A stretch of DNA of 64,000 bases from a virus. Lineage: Duplodnaviria > Caudoviricetes. Below are positions 40,401-47,710 of the stretch, in pieces. The position numbers were made by a program, and so were the translations under genes. Each line of letters opens with the position of its first letter. Positions within the stretch are counted from its first letter, which is position 1. The stretch lies in IMG/VR virus record IMGVR_UViG_3300023119_000004; one strand, given 5' to 3'. Below the pieces are notes generated by a model. That model ran no database searches and was not told the DNA's origin. It saw only the letters and a program-made list of their open reading frames with translations.

Positions 40401-43189
40401 TTACAGTTAATGGCTTAGAAGTTCTTAAGAGCGACTATAGTGTATCGAATATTGAATACAATGATAAGTCATATACTAGATACAGAGGTAGAATTTCGTT
40501 TGAAAGTCCGCCAGCAGATAATTCAGTTATTGTTGTAACATACAACAAATCAATTGATATGTTACAAGCACAAGATAGAATTAACTTATTCTATAATCCA
40601 GTAACTGGTCAAATTGGTAAAGATATTGCACAGTTAATGCCAGGTGTTGATTACGGTGGTGTCCAAGTTAAGTCGTTTAACTTCGGTACAGGTACTGGTT
40701 GGGGTAACGAGCCGTTCTACACAACATCATGGGATTCATATGATTCTACATACGAAGATGAAGTATTCCAATTAGATGGTAGCACAATATCGTTAACACT
40801 TTCACAACCATTAGAAGAAGGTGTAGAATATAATGTTTATTATAAAGATGCATTGAAAGGCGGATATGTAAGACTAGATCATCCAGACTATGACGGTAGT
40901 ACTGTTGAAGCAAATCCAAAAGCAATTATGTTACCATTAATAGGTGACGGAGTACAAACAGAATTCTTAATTGACAATGACAAGTTGGTTACAAAAGCAG
41001 ACGATGTAATTATTATTAGAAAGTCTACAAGCGATGGATCATTTATTCCTGATCCAGAAGCGTATGATACATTACTAACAGGTGGCGACATGGCTTACTC
41101 GTCAGCAAAAGGTATTAATGCTGAAGAGATTATAATTGACGGTGACGATTTTGTTTCCGAGCATACATCACATGGTCCAGAAGAACTTGTTCCAGGGCAG
41201 ATTTTAGATTCAGTTAACATCAAAGTATTTGACAGAATTAATGACGGTAGTGGAGTAATCGAAAACTACAACTTTAAATTTGAAGGTAGTTACACATTCC
41301 CACTTAACAGTTATCCAGCAAGCCAAAAAGACATCTTTATTAAAGCAAATGGAACAATTTTAAGTGAAGATAAATGGAGTGTAAATTATCAAGATAAGAC
41401 AATCACGCTTTCAAATGTAACTCTTAATAACAATGATCCTGTTAACATTATAACAATGTCTACTAACGGTGAAAATATTTTAGATAGTGATACATTTGAA
41501 GGTGACGGAAGTACATCAGTATTTGTTACTAGTGTTCAGTTTAAACAAGGATTAAGTTTCTATGTTACTAAGAATGGTGAAGATGTTAACGCTGACTTAG
41601 CAGAAACCGATGATACATTTGATACATCAGGTCAAGCATTGTTAAGATTAAACATTGCACCTGACGTTGGTGACATTATTCAGTATGTAATTTACGATAG
41701 TGCGGCTAAGAGTTTCTCAAGTGTTACAACAGACACATTTACAGGTGACGGAGTAACAAAAGTGTTTACACTTGGACTTGCACCGTTTAATGACACTCCT
41801 TTACAACACAACACTATTGTTAAAGTTGGTAACAGAATTTTACGTGCAGGATATAACGAACAATTTACAATTAGTTCAGTAAGAGAATATCAGTTAAGAC
41901 CATATCAGTTCTCAACTGCTTCAATTCCAGCAGAAACTATTAGAGTTTATATTAATGATGTTGAACAAGAACAAAACGTAACTTGGCGCTGGAATAGATT
42001 TAACAGTTCGGTAGAATTATTTGTTGATACAGGCGAAGATGGCGATCAACTAGATGTATTCATTATTGACGATGGCGAGTATGACTTTGGATACATTGAT
42101 CCAGTTACAGCACAGTGGACATCAACACCAACAGAACTAAGGCTAGATGTTGCACCAGCAGTAGGCGAAACAATTACAGTATATCAATTTAGCAATCATG
42201 ATGTTCTTAAAGTTGAAAGAGAGATATTACAAGTTGTTGCTAGAAATGCTGTAACCATTGGCACAGGTGATTATACAGAATACCATCAATTAGCAAATGG
42301 AATCATTAAATTGCGTAAGCCTGCTATTGATACAAATTATGTTTGGATTTCAATTAACAATGAATTATTAACACCAAGTGTTGAATATAGCGTAATGGAA
42401 GACAAGCAAACAGTTAGACTAGCAATTGACGTTGATCAGAATGATAATATTGAAGTAATACACTTTAGTAACCCTGTTATTGTTCCAAAATTTGGATATA
42501 GTCAATTTAAAGATATGCTTAATAGAACGCACTTCAAGAGATTGGGCGACGATGTACAGTATGCACTTGCTAAAGATTTAAATTACTATGATACAAGTAT
42601 TAGTGTAACAAACTATGACAGTTTACCAGAACCTAACAAAGAAAGAAGTATTCCAGGTATTGTGTTTATTAACGGTGAACGTATTGAATACTATCTAAAA
42701 GAGGGCGGCCTTTTAAGACAACTTAGAAGAGGAACACTTGGAACTGGTATTGCACAGTTACATACATCAGGCTCAGCAGTACTTGATCAAAGTAACTTCC
42801 AAACTATTCCTTATAAGGATAGAACACTATCACAAACATATATTGCAGATGGATCAACAAATACAGTAGTATTAGACTTTATTCCAAAATCTGTAAACGA
42901 GTTTGAAGTGTTTGTTGCTGGCAAACGCCTACGTAAGAACGCTATATCGGTGTTTGACCCAACAGTAGACCTTGATAGTCCAGAAGGTGATGTAATATCA
43001 CCAGCAGAATTTAGTGTAGATGGAGTAACTTCGACTTTAGTCTTAGCAGATACTCCAGCAATAAATACTAGGATTGTAGTAATTAGACGTATTGGTAAAG
43101 CCTGGACAGACCCAGGAACACCACTACATAGACAAGAAAATGACATTGCTAGGTTCTTAAGAAACAAAGAGGTGGCGTTACCTAAATAA
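28403..43189 (+). CDS. 4,928-aa giant baseplate/virion protein (gp7 position)
   Basis: Uninterrupted 14.8-kb ORF after gp6, containing FG-GAP-like propeller repeats, chitin-binding-like modules, NPGxGY repeats and GDG(S/V)T repeats. Confidence 0.75.
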   Translation: MAFNDNQNDSPLPVGANQSRRTSVDHLPRYFRTDTNKKFLSATLDQLLSPGVAEKISAYYGRRIAKARQADDNYVEDVSTARENYQFEPATIVKDELDNVTFYKDYNDYKNQLKAFGGTVSNDDVLNRQEYYSWSPKINWDKFTNFREYYWLPNGPIGIGIVGQAKDVESTFTVTSKDNVDNRSYLFTPDGLTSNPTLKLYRGQTYTFDINAPGMPLTFRTARSLDADVLYTDGIDDSTGQTDVGTVTFEVDINAPDTLYYVNANDINASGLIKIYDIVDNSFIDVENDVIGKKSYKMNNGYELSNGMKVYFRGQVTPEKYAKGEWYVEGVGDAIRLVSEQQLQIPGAYSTEKPVLFDTEAFDRLPFSNANSYAGTKDYILINRASKNLNSWSRYNRWFHRDVIETTAVINNIVPEIDQENRAKRPIIEFDADLKLFNYGTEAKADVDLIDTFTQDVFSTIEGQLGYNIDGQDVTDGMRILFNADPDSFVAGRIFKVNFITHNNVRQISLIEETDGKPLLNETVLVKRGNENKGLIYYYDGTTWKKTQEKTSVNQSPLFDLYDDSGYVFNDSTVYPSSTFAGNKLFSYKQGTGTVDSELGFALSYRALENTGDIVFDFNISGDEFNYQDGTDILTVKTDIGLLRKYTTREEFDYVNGWEKGFAHSQQLVQRQYIVDTQTNDFAIDVYNRSGDLNDLWYRVYVNDVRKTDLVDFSIVRVNGIAYVNFMKPLTAGDNLLIKTRSATTKNSNGVYEFPINLERNPQNENIKSFTLGEVNDHVQSITENSDKWSGTFPGVSNLRDLGSVSTYGDKFVQHSGLTNLSLYHITNKDSNIVKSMRFAKNEYAKFKRLFLRSAETLGFDGNLQIHFEKVIADVNKNKTNDMPFFFSDMIGHGTFKLTEHTVRDSDQGYYSLRQDFNLRTLSDKAVGVYVNDVQLIEGADYIFEEGFESFVNITKVLTPGDIIKIYEFESTNGSFIPPTPTKFGLYPKFIPSKYIDDTYREPVEVIQGHDGSIFKCYGDYRDDLLLELETRIYNNIKVQYDTNLIDIHEFLGGEFRDTGITAESIDKVMITDFTEWLTILGNLDYTDNSFYERTDSFTFNYSRTLTPKLTKSLGFWRSIYKKAYDTDRPHTHPWEILGFSIKPTWWNDVYGPAPYTSENKILWTDIEEGIIREPGKPLEYKSQYARPGVTNWIPVDDSGALLSPLASNYSKEFTATNSKFPFTFGDMAPTENAWRRSSEYPFALLTAWLVTQPSKIMGLGWDRSRIIRNNAGLIVYKDTLKALRLQDIVFPNTVEDTTRTYTAGFVNYIADYMNSKTVNVYSQYKENLTSISNQLGFKIGGFTSKNKFRLVLDSRTPYNQGNVFVPEENYDVFLNSSSPVEVVSYSGVIIEKKTNGFVIRGYDKTAPYFKYYTPVVLANDPLINVGGISESFVEWTANKTYAQGAIVRFGSEFYATKESHQSTDGFDQSKFQKLVDLPVKGGRSAYFRRNFNKEINSEPLELAYGTTLRTVQEVVDFLLGYGNYLETVGFDFNNFNADINLVENWSTSAREFMFWTTQGWKENSVITLSPGANRLELSSKYIIADNVFDDFYDYSILKSDGKKLLQEYVKVFRDRDNNFTVQVRNTADGIFAIKIPLLQKEHVCIIDNETVFKDIVYDQPAGYRQERIKVLGYRTDDWTGGLNIPGFVYDEARTTQWASWQDYSIGDTVKYKEFYYVAKNKIPGTNVFNNDDWQKLEERPESGLIANLDYKAKQFGDFYDLDTDNFDSDTQRVAQHLIGYQKRQYLENIIQDDVSQYKFYQGFIQDKGTQNSLTKLFDALSNTNEDSLEFFEEWAIRLGQYGSSDSFEEVEFTLDESKFRLSPQPVELVDTIDGTETDLIYRQRPFEVYLKPNDYNHKPFPTNTNVKYVYDTAGYVNADDVKISLANYDDILTQSVNDYNVDDYLWIGKKGLSWTVLKYVRTDDRVESVTKDGDLVRIKLEGQARYEDNEIIGLLNVEGAEKFFKVKTVELQDIICYDNGETSDVEETSGFVTRFNTARTANFDSANLLLSNQNLKVGETLWIDEDSKGDWTVLKNTPTFEQQQILSNVRSSDQSVEFGKVISVDERNNTLVISSPENESVHIFKRFTDTVEYNHIQTISPPVGLYSGNGKFGKSVTISSDSEFIVVGAPEASNVKTKFVEPYSQGSVYEPKDIVSYQEQLWQANYRVEAALGTYQFGGFYTTHDIEVASFDADTNSYPETIYAIRGNYKFDGATDHMLIRAPVAQYIGSAVGDTINLQWNQYSQNYPNGILPFGPTGPGVAEFEGNKVIAGKIDTLLFVENLIRFPQVGDVISTETAIGTVQDIIIDNVNQGLIYISDQNGQFETTGTLIYNGQSMGTYETVEFENSSDHFAGWWRVNNLTPFITATKEVTTPNFVIADYITASESKSPELYGNTMDDVYQVNQDLQNPTRGGKIGILSYYDKQGLPETSPYWFVRAPKIITDTLNTSDTFTMKVNRVKGGDPLTVFDPSALGLTFDYLDQPHTVYDLWDGYIDVTWTNFTPPPIQVPYVPQEGETVIEESTGATAEVAFVQEALLGARIYVKNLSGTFSYGNNNNAVGYLSIVTGQGFNRLSGRIDTTDLTTNYLGKYIVVRNNDSTLLPVTTPTFKNEIEIQFYKSRSVTGVPRPANIPNPLNRDWTQVNNLKLDADGNDSGYTKEGAYFVYTKTGGGEYKLRFGYSNLGRHDNAFLGNQISINKKGDLYRLFVAAPGDGTPSNPGRIHFVKKGVEDNITYDWDIAQDRKYKGVFDNTVAYYTDDIVVYDGSFYKSTTNQVAGNFLIANWDLLDTHIDYLGYVPNDTATNVTGDGSFNTFDSTSTLINFAHPFTVSLDGDVIATVADYTDQFPAIGIYRYNNGHYEYYQTIATPDAVISTFFDNQETEFDTGDTQFQISSPDSKFASALTLSDDGEYLAVGAPLDDDRSNDNGKVYVYKNVENYYHLHQTIYSPNNTVAERFGQAIDFTGDTLLVSAQGGDLQSTTTFDDITTTFDNNLTQFTNINKDSGQVFVYQRIDEFLLYAEKFAYQNPEVERFGEFILANENHVYVSMPELSVTDDNLIGTVIDFKRNRDRLPWTIATQPSLQVDLNKFKGVFIYTKDGSGISTKLDYIDPIQGKIAGPAEEELAFKTPFDPATYTYATNGKTVDTENYWAEEKVGRLWWDISKAKWIDPYQGNIIYNSANFNKLFVGSSIDVYEWVETDITPERWDTLADTEVGLGRGISGTTAYGMEAYVTKRLYDDVSKSFYNKYYYWVKNKKVIPDLEFRKTSAYDVAQLIEDPAALSYKFVAIYGNNKFGLYNCKSLVEGTNRAINFRYWTIENQDINLHNEYQLISEGLKTSKPNADIERKWVDSLIGTDEMNRPVPDPQLSFKQKYGVLNRPRQSMFKNNKEALKQVIERINRVLATQLIVDELDFTRLLDKDQFPRLESGKFDVEVDTDSELQFVGISKSKPAKLTPVFENGKLVDVIINDPGAGYKTIPTYNFEQFGDGNGARITIELDANGSISSVAVRSAGKEYSSSTNLSVRPFAVLVKADSTVNNKWSIFDYNNITQEWERSSTQSYDVSEWWDYIDWYATGYNQFTPITFNIDESYQLTSLDTAVGDIVKINNVGTGGWLLLEKTSDTASVDYTTNYTTVGRQDGTIKFRSSLYDPATSNVGFDGLSYDTQFYDNQPTLELRIIFEAVKEDLFVGTIEAEYNKLFLASVRYAFSEQLFVDWAFKTSFIKAKHNAGDLQQKITFQNDSLPSYEDFVKETKPYKTKIREYLSNYTKTDDSNSTVTDFDVPPTYSDITGRIEPTSLKVNNDLILGTDLTTTYYPNKHYIDNVGFEVTKVNVTNKGKAYTEIPQVRFIGGGGTGATAEAKLGTGGGVVSIEVTNPGKGYISAPLVEIDGSLNVDSGIQATASSVIGNSKIRSVHLRTKFDRVSGTFLVTTLNESETFAGNNSLTDFDLKFPMNLLSTQYSITVNGLEVLKSDYSVSNIEYNDKSYTRYRGRISFESPPADNSVIVVTYNKSIDMLQAQDRINLFYNPVTGQIGKDIAQLMPGVDYGGVQVKSFNFGTGTGWGNEPFYTTSWDSYDSTYEDEVFQLDGSTISLTLSQPLEEGVEYNVYYKDALKGGYVRLDHPDYDGSTVEANPKAIMLPLIGDGVQTEFLIDNDKLVTKADDVIIIRKSTSDGSFIPDPEAYDTLLTGGDMAYSSAKGINAEEIIIDGDDFVSEHTSHGPEELVPGQILDSVNIKVFDRINDGSGVIENYNFKFEGSYTFPLNSYPASQKDIFIKANGTILSEDKWSVNYQDKTITLSNVTLNNNDPVNIITMSTNGENILDSDTFEGDGSTSVFVTSVQFKQGLSFYVTKNGEDVNADLAETDDTFDTSGQALLRLNIAPDVGDIIQYVIYDSAAKSFSSVTTDTFTGDGVTKVFTLGLAPFNDTPLQHNTIVKVGNRILRAGYNEQFTISSVREYQLRPYQFSTASIPAETIRVYINDVEQEQNVTWRWNRFNSSVELFVDTGEDGDQLDVFIIDDGEYDFGYIDPVTAQWTSTPTELRLDVAPAVGETITVYQFSNHDVLKVEREILQVVARNAVTIGTGDYTEYHQLANGIIKLRKPAIDTNYVWISINNELLTPSVEYSVMEDKQTVRLAIDVDQNDNIEVIHFSNPVIVPKFGYSQFKDMLNRTHFKRLGDDVQYALAKDLNYYDTSISVTNYDSLPEPNKERSIPGIVFINGERIEYYLKEGGLLRQLRRGTLGTGIAQLHTSGSAVLDQSNFQTIPYKDRTLSQTYIADGSTNTVVLDFIPKSVNEFEVFVAGKRLRKNAISVFDPTVDLDSPEGDVISPAEFSVDGVTSTLVLADTPAINTRIVVIRRIGKAWTDPGTPLHRQENDIARFLRNKEVALPK

Positions 43190-43209
43190 ATACAATGTAG
43201 GAAACAAAA

Positions 43210-43824
43210 ATGACAGATAAATTTAACGAAAAACAAGGTATTCTTTTACAAGGATACATCAAGATTACAGACCCAAATACTGGAGAAATCCTGGTAGATA
43301 AGCGAAATGCTATCCACTATGAAAACATGAGTATTTCATTAGCGGAAAGTCTATCAAACCAAGGACAAGGCATGATTTACCAAATGGCTTTTGGTAATGG
43401 AGGTACTTCTGTTGATCCTACTGGAATTATTACATATCTGTCACCAAACTCAACAGGAACTAACGCTTCGTTATACAACCAAACTTATGCTAAAGTTATT
43501 GATAATAACAATGTTAATAACACAGATCCTACAAGAAACAAATTAGAAACACGCCACGTAAGTGGAACAAATTATACAGATATCATTGCAACTTGTTTGC
43601 TAGACTACGGTGAGCCAGAAGGCCAAGACGCACTAGACAATGCAACAGGTAATGAGAGTTTATATGTTTTTGATGAACTAGGCTTAGTAAGTTATAGTTC
43701 TTCCGGAACAGGTAGATTGCTAACACACGTAATTTTCCACCCAGTACAAAAATCATTAAACAGACTTATTCAAATTGATTATACTGTTAGAGTACAATCA
43801 CTAACAGGTTTTAACGAGGCGTAG
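43210..43824 (+). CDS. virion structural protein (baseplate-associated)
   Basis: Beta-rich protein (YQMAFGNGG...FDELGL...LTHVIFHPVQKS) between the giant protein and the fibres. Confidence 0.6.
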   Translation: MTDKFNEKQGILLQGYIKITDPNTGEILVDKRNAIHYENMSISLAESLSNQGQGMIYQMAFGNGGTSVDPTGIITYLSPNSTGTNASLYNQTYAKVIDNNNVNNTDPTRNKLETRHVSGTNYTDIIATCLLDYGEPEGQDALDNATGNESLYVFDELGLVSYSSSGTGRLLTHVIFHPVQKSLNRLIQIDYTVRVQSLTGFNEA

Positions 43825-43827
43825 TAA

Positions 43828-45870
43828 ATGGCATACACAGTTAGATATACGGACTTAGCAAACAAAGGAAGCGTTGTAGTTGAAGACAACACTATCAACG
43901 AACAGACTAGTTTGCAATTACCAGGCAGAAATACAACTGCTTATGGAACTGCCATTGCTGAAAACTTTTTACATCTATTAGAAAATTTTGCTTTTAATAG
44001 TGCTCCTGATAATCCTGTTGAAGGACAATTATGGTACGATACAACACCGGGTGTTGATCAATTAAAAATTTATGACGGTACTAACTGGGTTAGTGCATCA
44101 GGTTTAAAGAAAGGCAACACACAACCAGCGGCAAACCAATCAGTTGTTGGCGACTTGTGGGTTGACACAGATAATCAACAGTTATACTTGTACACTGGTG
44201 CAGGTTGGATCTTAGTAGGACCAACTTTCTCAGATGGATTAGCAACAGGTGCTAGAGCATCTTCAATTATTGGTACAGACAATGTAACATATACAGTTAT
44301 TATTATTGAAGTAAGAGCAAAAACAGTAGCAATTATCGCAAGTAATGCCTTTACTCCAAAGACAACACTTGAAGGCTTTACATCTATTAAGCCAGGATAT
44401 AATTTAAGTAATGCTGATATTACAGGACAAGGTGTCGGTAAGTTTTACGGTACATCAGAAAAAGCAGAAGCATTAATTGTTAATGGTGAATCTGTACCGG
44501 CAAGTAACTTTGTAAGAAGCGATCAAGAAACACCGTCAACTGTTCCATTAAGAATTAAAGCCAACGGCGGCCTAACAGTTGGTGCTGATAGTGCGATGAA
44601 CATTGGTATTGAAGGCCAAGCAGGTATTATTTCGCACAGAACATCAGGATCAAACATCGACGTTCGTGTTAATAACGAAGGAGAAACAACAACAGTTATT
44701 CGTGTTGATTCAACAGCAAAAGTTGGTATTAACAATTTATCACCAGACCAAAGTTTAGACGTTGTAGGTAACATTCAAACAGATAGTAAAATACTTGTTG
44801 AAGGTGTAACAGATTCATCGTCAATTAGTACAGGATCAATTATCACTAAAGGTGGTGTTGGTATTGCTAAAAAACTTTTTGTAGGAAGCGATACAAATAT
44901 TGCAGGGTTATTAACAGCAGGTAATATTGTTCCTAACATTACTGTAACACGTAACTTGGGTACACAGAATGAACAATGGTTAAATGTTTTTGCACAAAAC
45001 TTTGTAGGTAACTTAACAGGTAACGTTACAGGTGCTGTTAGTGGTAGATCAGGATCTACAGATAAACTTGCTTCAGCAACAACATTTAGATTAGTTGGTG
45101 ACGTAAGTGCTCCAGAATTTACGTTCGACGGACAAGACGAATCCGTTAAAACTTTTGATACAACAATTAGTAACACATTCTTAGCAACAAAACCTGAGAA
45201 GGGCGAGTCACAAACAACAGACGAATTCATTTTTAATAGAACTACTCCAGACACAGAAGGCGATACTGGTGTATTTAAAATTAGCCGAACTAACCTATTT
45301 AAAGCGATCCCTACACTCCCAATTGGAATGATTACTCCATTCGGCGGATTAATTATGCCAGATGATTGGTTATTGTGCGATGGTAGAGAAATCTTAATTG
45401 CAGAATACCAGAACTTGTTTAACGTAATCAAGTATAACTTTAAAGATCAAACACTTGTTTCCGCAGGTAGATTTGCACTACCAGATCTACGTGGTAGATT
45501 TGCATTAGGACTTGACGACATGGGCGGAGAAAGTGCAAACCGTGTAACAAGTTCAGCGGCTGACACATTAGGTAACGTTGAAGGTTCAGAAAGCAAACAA
45601 ATTGCTACACAGAACTTACCAGAACACGAACACGATTTAAGAGGTCCTACAGGAGACCAATACTACACAATTAGAGATATTACAGGAACTCCAAATGACC
45701 CACAAGGTATTGTTTATGATGCTCCAACTGGTACAGGAGCAGGACAAGCATATCCATCATCAGGTGGTATATTAACTAACCAAGGATTAGGGCAGGCGTT
45801 AAATGTTATGAACCCGTATATGGCGTTGAACTATATTATATACGCAGGTGAAAATACAGGGAATCTATAA
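43828..45870 (+). CDS. tail fibre with C-terminal phage tail collar domain
   Basis: Shared N-terminal anchor (ENFLHLLENFA..GQLWYD), and a collar motif PIGMITPF...WLLCDG...FALPDLRGRF..G. Confidence 0.8.
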   Translation: MAYTVRYTDLANKGSVVVEDNTINEQTSLQLPGRNTTAYGTAIAENFLHLLENFAFNSAPDNPVEGQLWYDTTPGVDQLKIYDGTNWVSASGLKKGNTQPAANQSVVGDLWVDTDNQQLYLYTGAGWILVGPTFSDGLATGARASSIIGTDNVTYTVIIIEVRAKTVAIIASNAFTPKTTLEGFTSIKPGYNLSNADITGQGVGKFYGTSEKAEALIVNGESVPASNFVRSDQETPSTVPLRIKANGGLTVGADSAMNIGIEGQAGIISHRTSGSNIDVRVNNEGETTTVIRVDSTAKVGINNLSPDQSLDVVGNIQTDSKILVEGVTDSSSISTGSIITKGGVGIAKKLFVGSDTNIAGLLTAGNIVPNITVTRNLGTQNEQWLNVFAQNFVGNLTGNVTGAVSGRSGSTDKLASATTFRLVGDVSAPEFTFDGQDESVKTFDTTISNTFLATKPEKGESQTTDEFIFNRTTPDTEGDTGVFKISRTNLFKAIPTLPIGMITPFGGLIMPDDWLLCDGREILIAEYQNLFNVIKYNFKDQTLVSAGRFALPDLRGRFALGLDDMGGESANRVTSSAADTLGNVEGSESKQIATQNLPEHEHDLRGPTGDQYYTIRDITGTPNDPQGIVYDAPTGTGAGQAYPSSGGILTNQGLGQALNVMNPYMALNYIIYAGENTGNL

Positions 45871-47678
45871 TGAGTTATAAATTAAATAAAACAGATGGAA
45901 GTTTGCTTGTAGATTTAGTAGATGGCGTACTAGATACAACAACTACTGACATCTCTTTAATTGGTAAAAACTACAGCGGCTTTGGTGAAGCATTTAACGA
46001 AAACTTAATTAGACTATTAGAAAATTTTGCTAGAAGTACAGCACCGACTAGGCCACTAACTGGTCAAATCTGGTATGATACATCTGAACAAAGATTAAAA
46101 GTTTATAACGGTGAAGAATTTAGAACATCAGGTGGTCCAATTGTTGCTAACAGCCAACCTTCGAATATTGTTGCAGGTGACCTTTGGATTAACAACGAAA
46201 CTAATCAATTATTTTTTAGTAAAAACGGAAGTGATTTAGAATTAGCAGGTCCAATTTGGACTGCTGGACAAGGCACTACAGGATTTAAATCTGTCACACT
46301 ACTTGATACACAAAATAACAGTAAAGTTATTTTAGAAATGTGGATGGCAGGAGTACTTGTAGGTGTATGGAGTTCAAGCGAATTTGTTCCGGCACCGGCA
46401 TACGCAATCACAGGATTAGACAGAGTACTAAAAGGATTTAATGTACTAGCAGATGAATTCCACTTTAGAGGTAGAGCAACTGCTTCAGAAACACTTATTA
46501 CACAAAATGGTATTGCAAAAGGTGCAAACGCATTCCTACCTACAGACGCCGATGGTGTTACAGTTGGTGCATTAACTGTTGCAAACTCTTCGGGTATTAC
46601 AATTGGTGTTTCACAGAATAATCAACAAAAAGTTGTTGGTACAACATTTATTTCAGAAAACCAACTTTCAAATCATGATTATAAAATTAGGGTTAGAAAG
46701 ACAACAGGATTTGTTGACGCTATTACTATTGATACTAGTGAATCAGCAATTGGTATTTTCCAATCAAATCCGCAATACACATTACACGTAGGCGGATCAA
46801 TGAAAGTTGACGGTGAACTATTATTACAATCACCGGCTGTTAACATTGAAACACAAAATTTAAGAGTTGAAGATAAAAATATTGAACTTGCAGTAACTAG
46901 TGATAGTACAGTATTAAATGATGCAAGTATCGATTCAGGTGGTATTATTCTAAAAGGTAGTGCCGGCGATAAAGAATGGATTTGGAAAAACTTTGGCAAA
47001 TGGTGGGAGTCAAGTGAAAACATCAACGTCCGTGATACTAAAGGTTATTACGCAGACGGTGTTGAAGTTCTTAACAAAACAGAAATCGGTTCAACAGTTA
47101 CAGATGCACTAGGACTAAACAGAATTGGTACACTACAATATCTAAATGTAGATGATGTTAACATTAACGGTAGTAAAATTGCAAATAGCACAGGTCCGTT
47201 ACAATTAGAAAGTAATGGTGCTATTACAATTACTAACAATCAAAAAATTACAGGACTTGCTGAACCAACAGATAATACAGATGCGGCAACCAAGTTTTAT
47301 GTTGATGACCAAATTAACATTGAACCGGTTGTAATGAGTTTAGATATTACAGGCTTAAATAACTCACAAATTGCTTCAATTATTGAGGACATTTATCCAG
47401 CAGGTAACAAGAAAGCAGGAACTTATGCTTATGTAGCAACAACAACACTAACTGGTGCTACGGTTACAGGTGTTGATGTTGACTCTGTTAAGAATATTTC
47501 AAGGATTGCAGTTGATTCAAATGGCGTACAAAACGAATCAGTTGTACAGGATATATCATTTGCGTCAGCAACTGGTGCTGTTAATGCATCCGTTTCAAGG
47601 GGATTAAAACGCTTTGTCGTATCCACAGGACAATGGCAGTTTGACACAGATCTTGGATCTAGTGGTGGATTGTGGTAA
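45870..47678 (+). CDS. tail fibre/baseplate protein, paralogue 2
   Basis: Same N-terminal module (GKNYSGFGE..NENLIRLLENFA..GQIWYD), plus a PTDNTDAATKFYVD fibre motif. Confidence 0.7.
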   Translation: MSYKLNKTDGSLLVDLVDGVLDTTTTDISLIGKNYSGFGEAFNENLIRLLENFARSTAPTRPLTGQIWYDTSEQRLKVYNGEEFRTSGGPIVANSQPSNIVAGDLWINNETNQLFFSKNGSDLELAGPIWTAGQGTTGFKSVTLLDTQNNSKVILEMWMAGVLVGVWSSSEFVPAPAYAITGLDRVLKGFNVLADEFHFRGRATASETLITQNGIAKGANAFLPTDADGVTVGALTVANSSGITIGVSQNNQQKVVGTTFISENQLSNHDYKIRVRKTTGFVDAITIDTSESAIGIFQSNPQYTLHVGGSMKVDGELLLQSPAVNIETQNLRVEDKNIELAVTSDSTVLNDASIDSGGIILKGSAGDKEWIWKNFGKWWESSENINVRDTKGYYADGVEVLNKTEIGSTVTDALGLNRIGTLQYLNVDDVNINGSKIANSTGPLQLESNGAITITNNQKITGLAEPTDNTDAATKFYVDDQINIEPVVMSLDITGLNNSQIASIIEDIYPAGNKKAGTYAYVATTTLTGATVTGVDVDSVKNISRIAVDSNGVQNESVVQDISFASATGAVNASVSRGLKRFVVSTGQWQFDTDLGSSGGLW

Positions 47679-47710
47679 AAGATAAATAGTAACATAGGGG
47701 TTAAAAAGAA

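Noticed and set aside
15611-43189. Inteins or introns in gp46, the sigma factor or the giant protein
   Set aside because: I saw no Hint or LAGLIDADG motifs, gp46 and gp47 have normal lengths, and no gene appears split.
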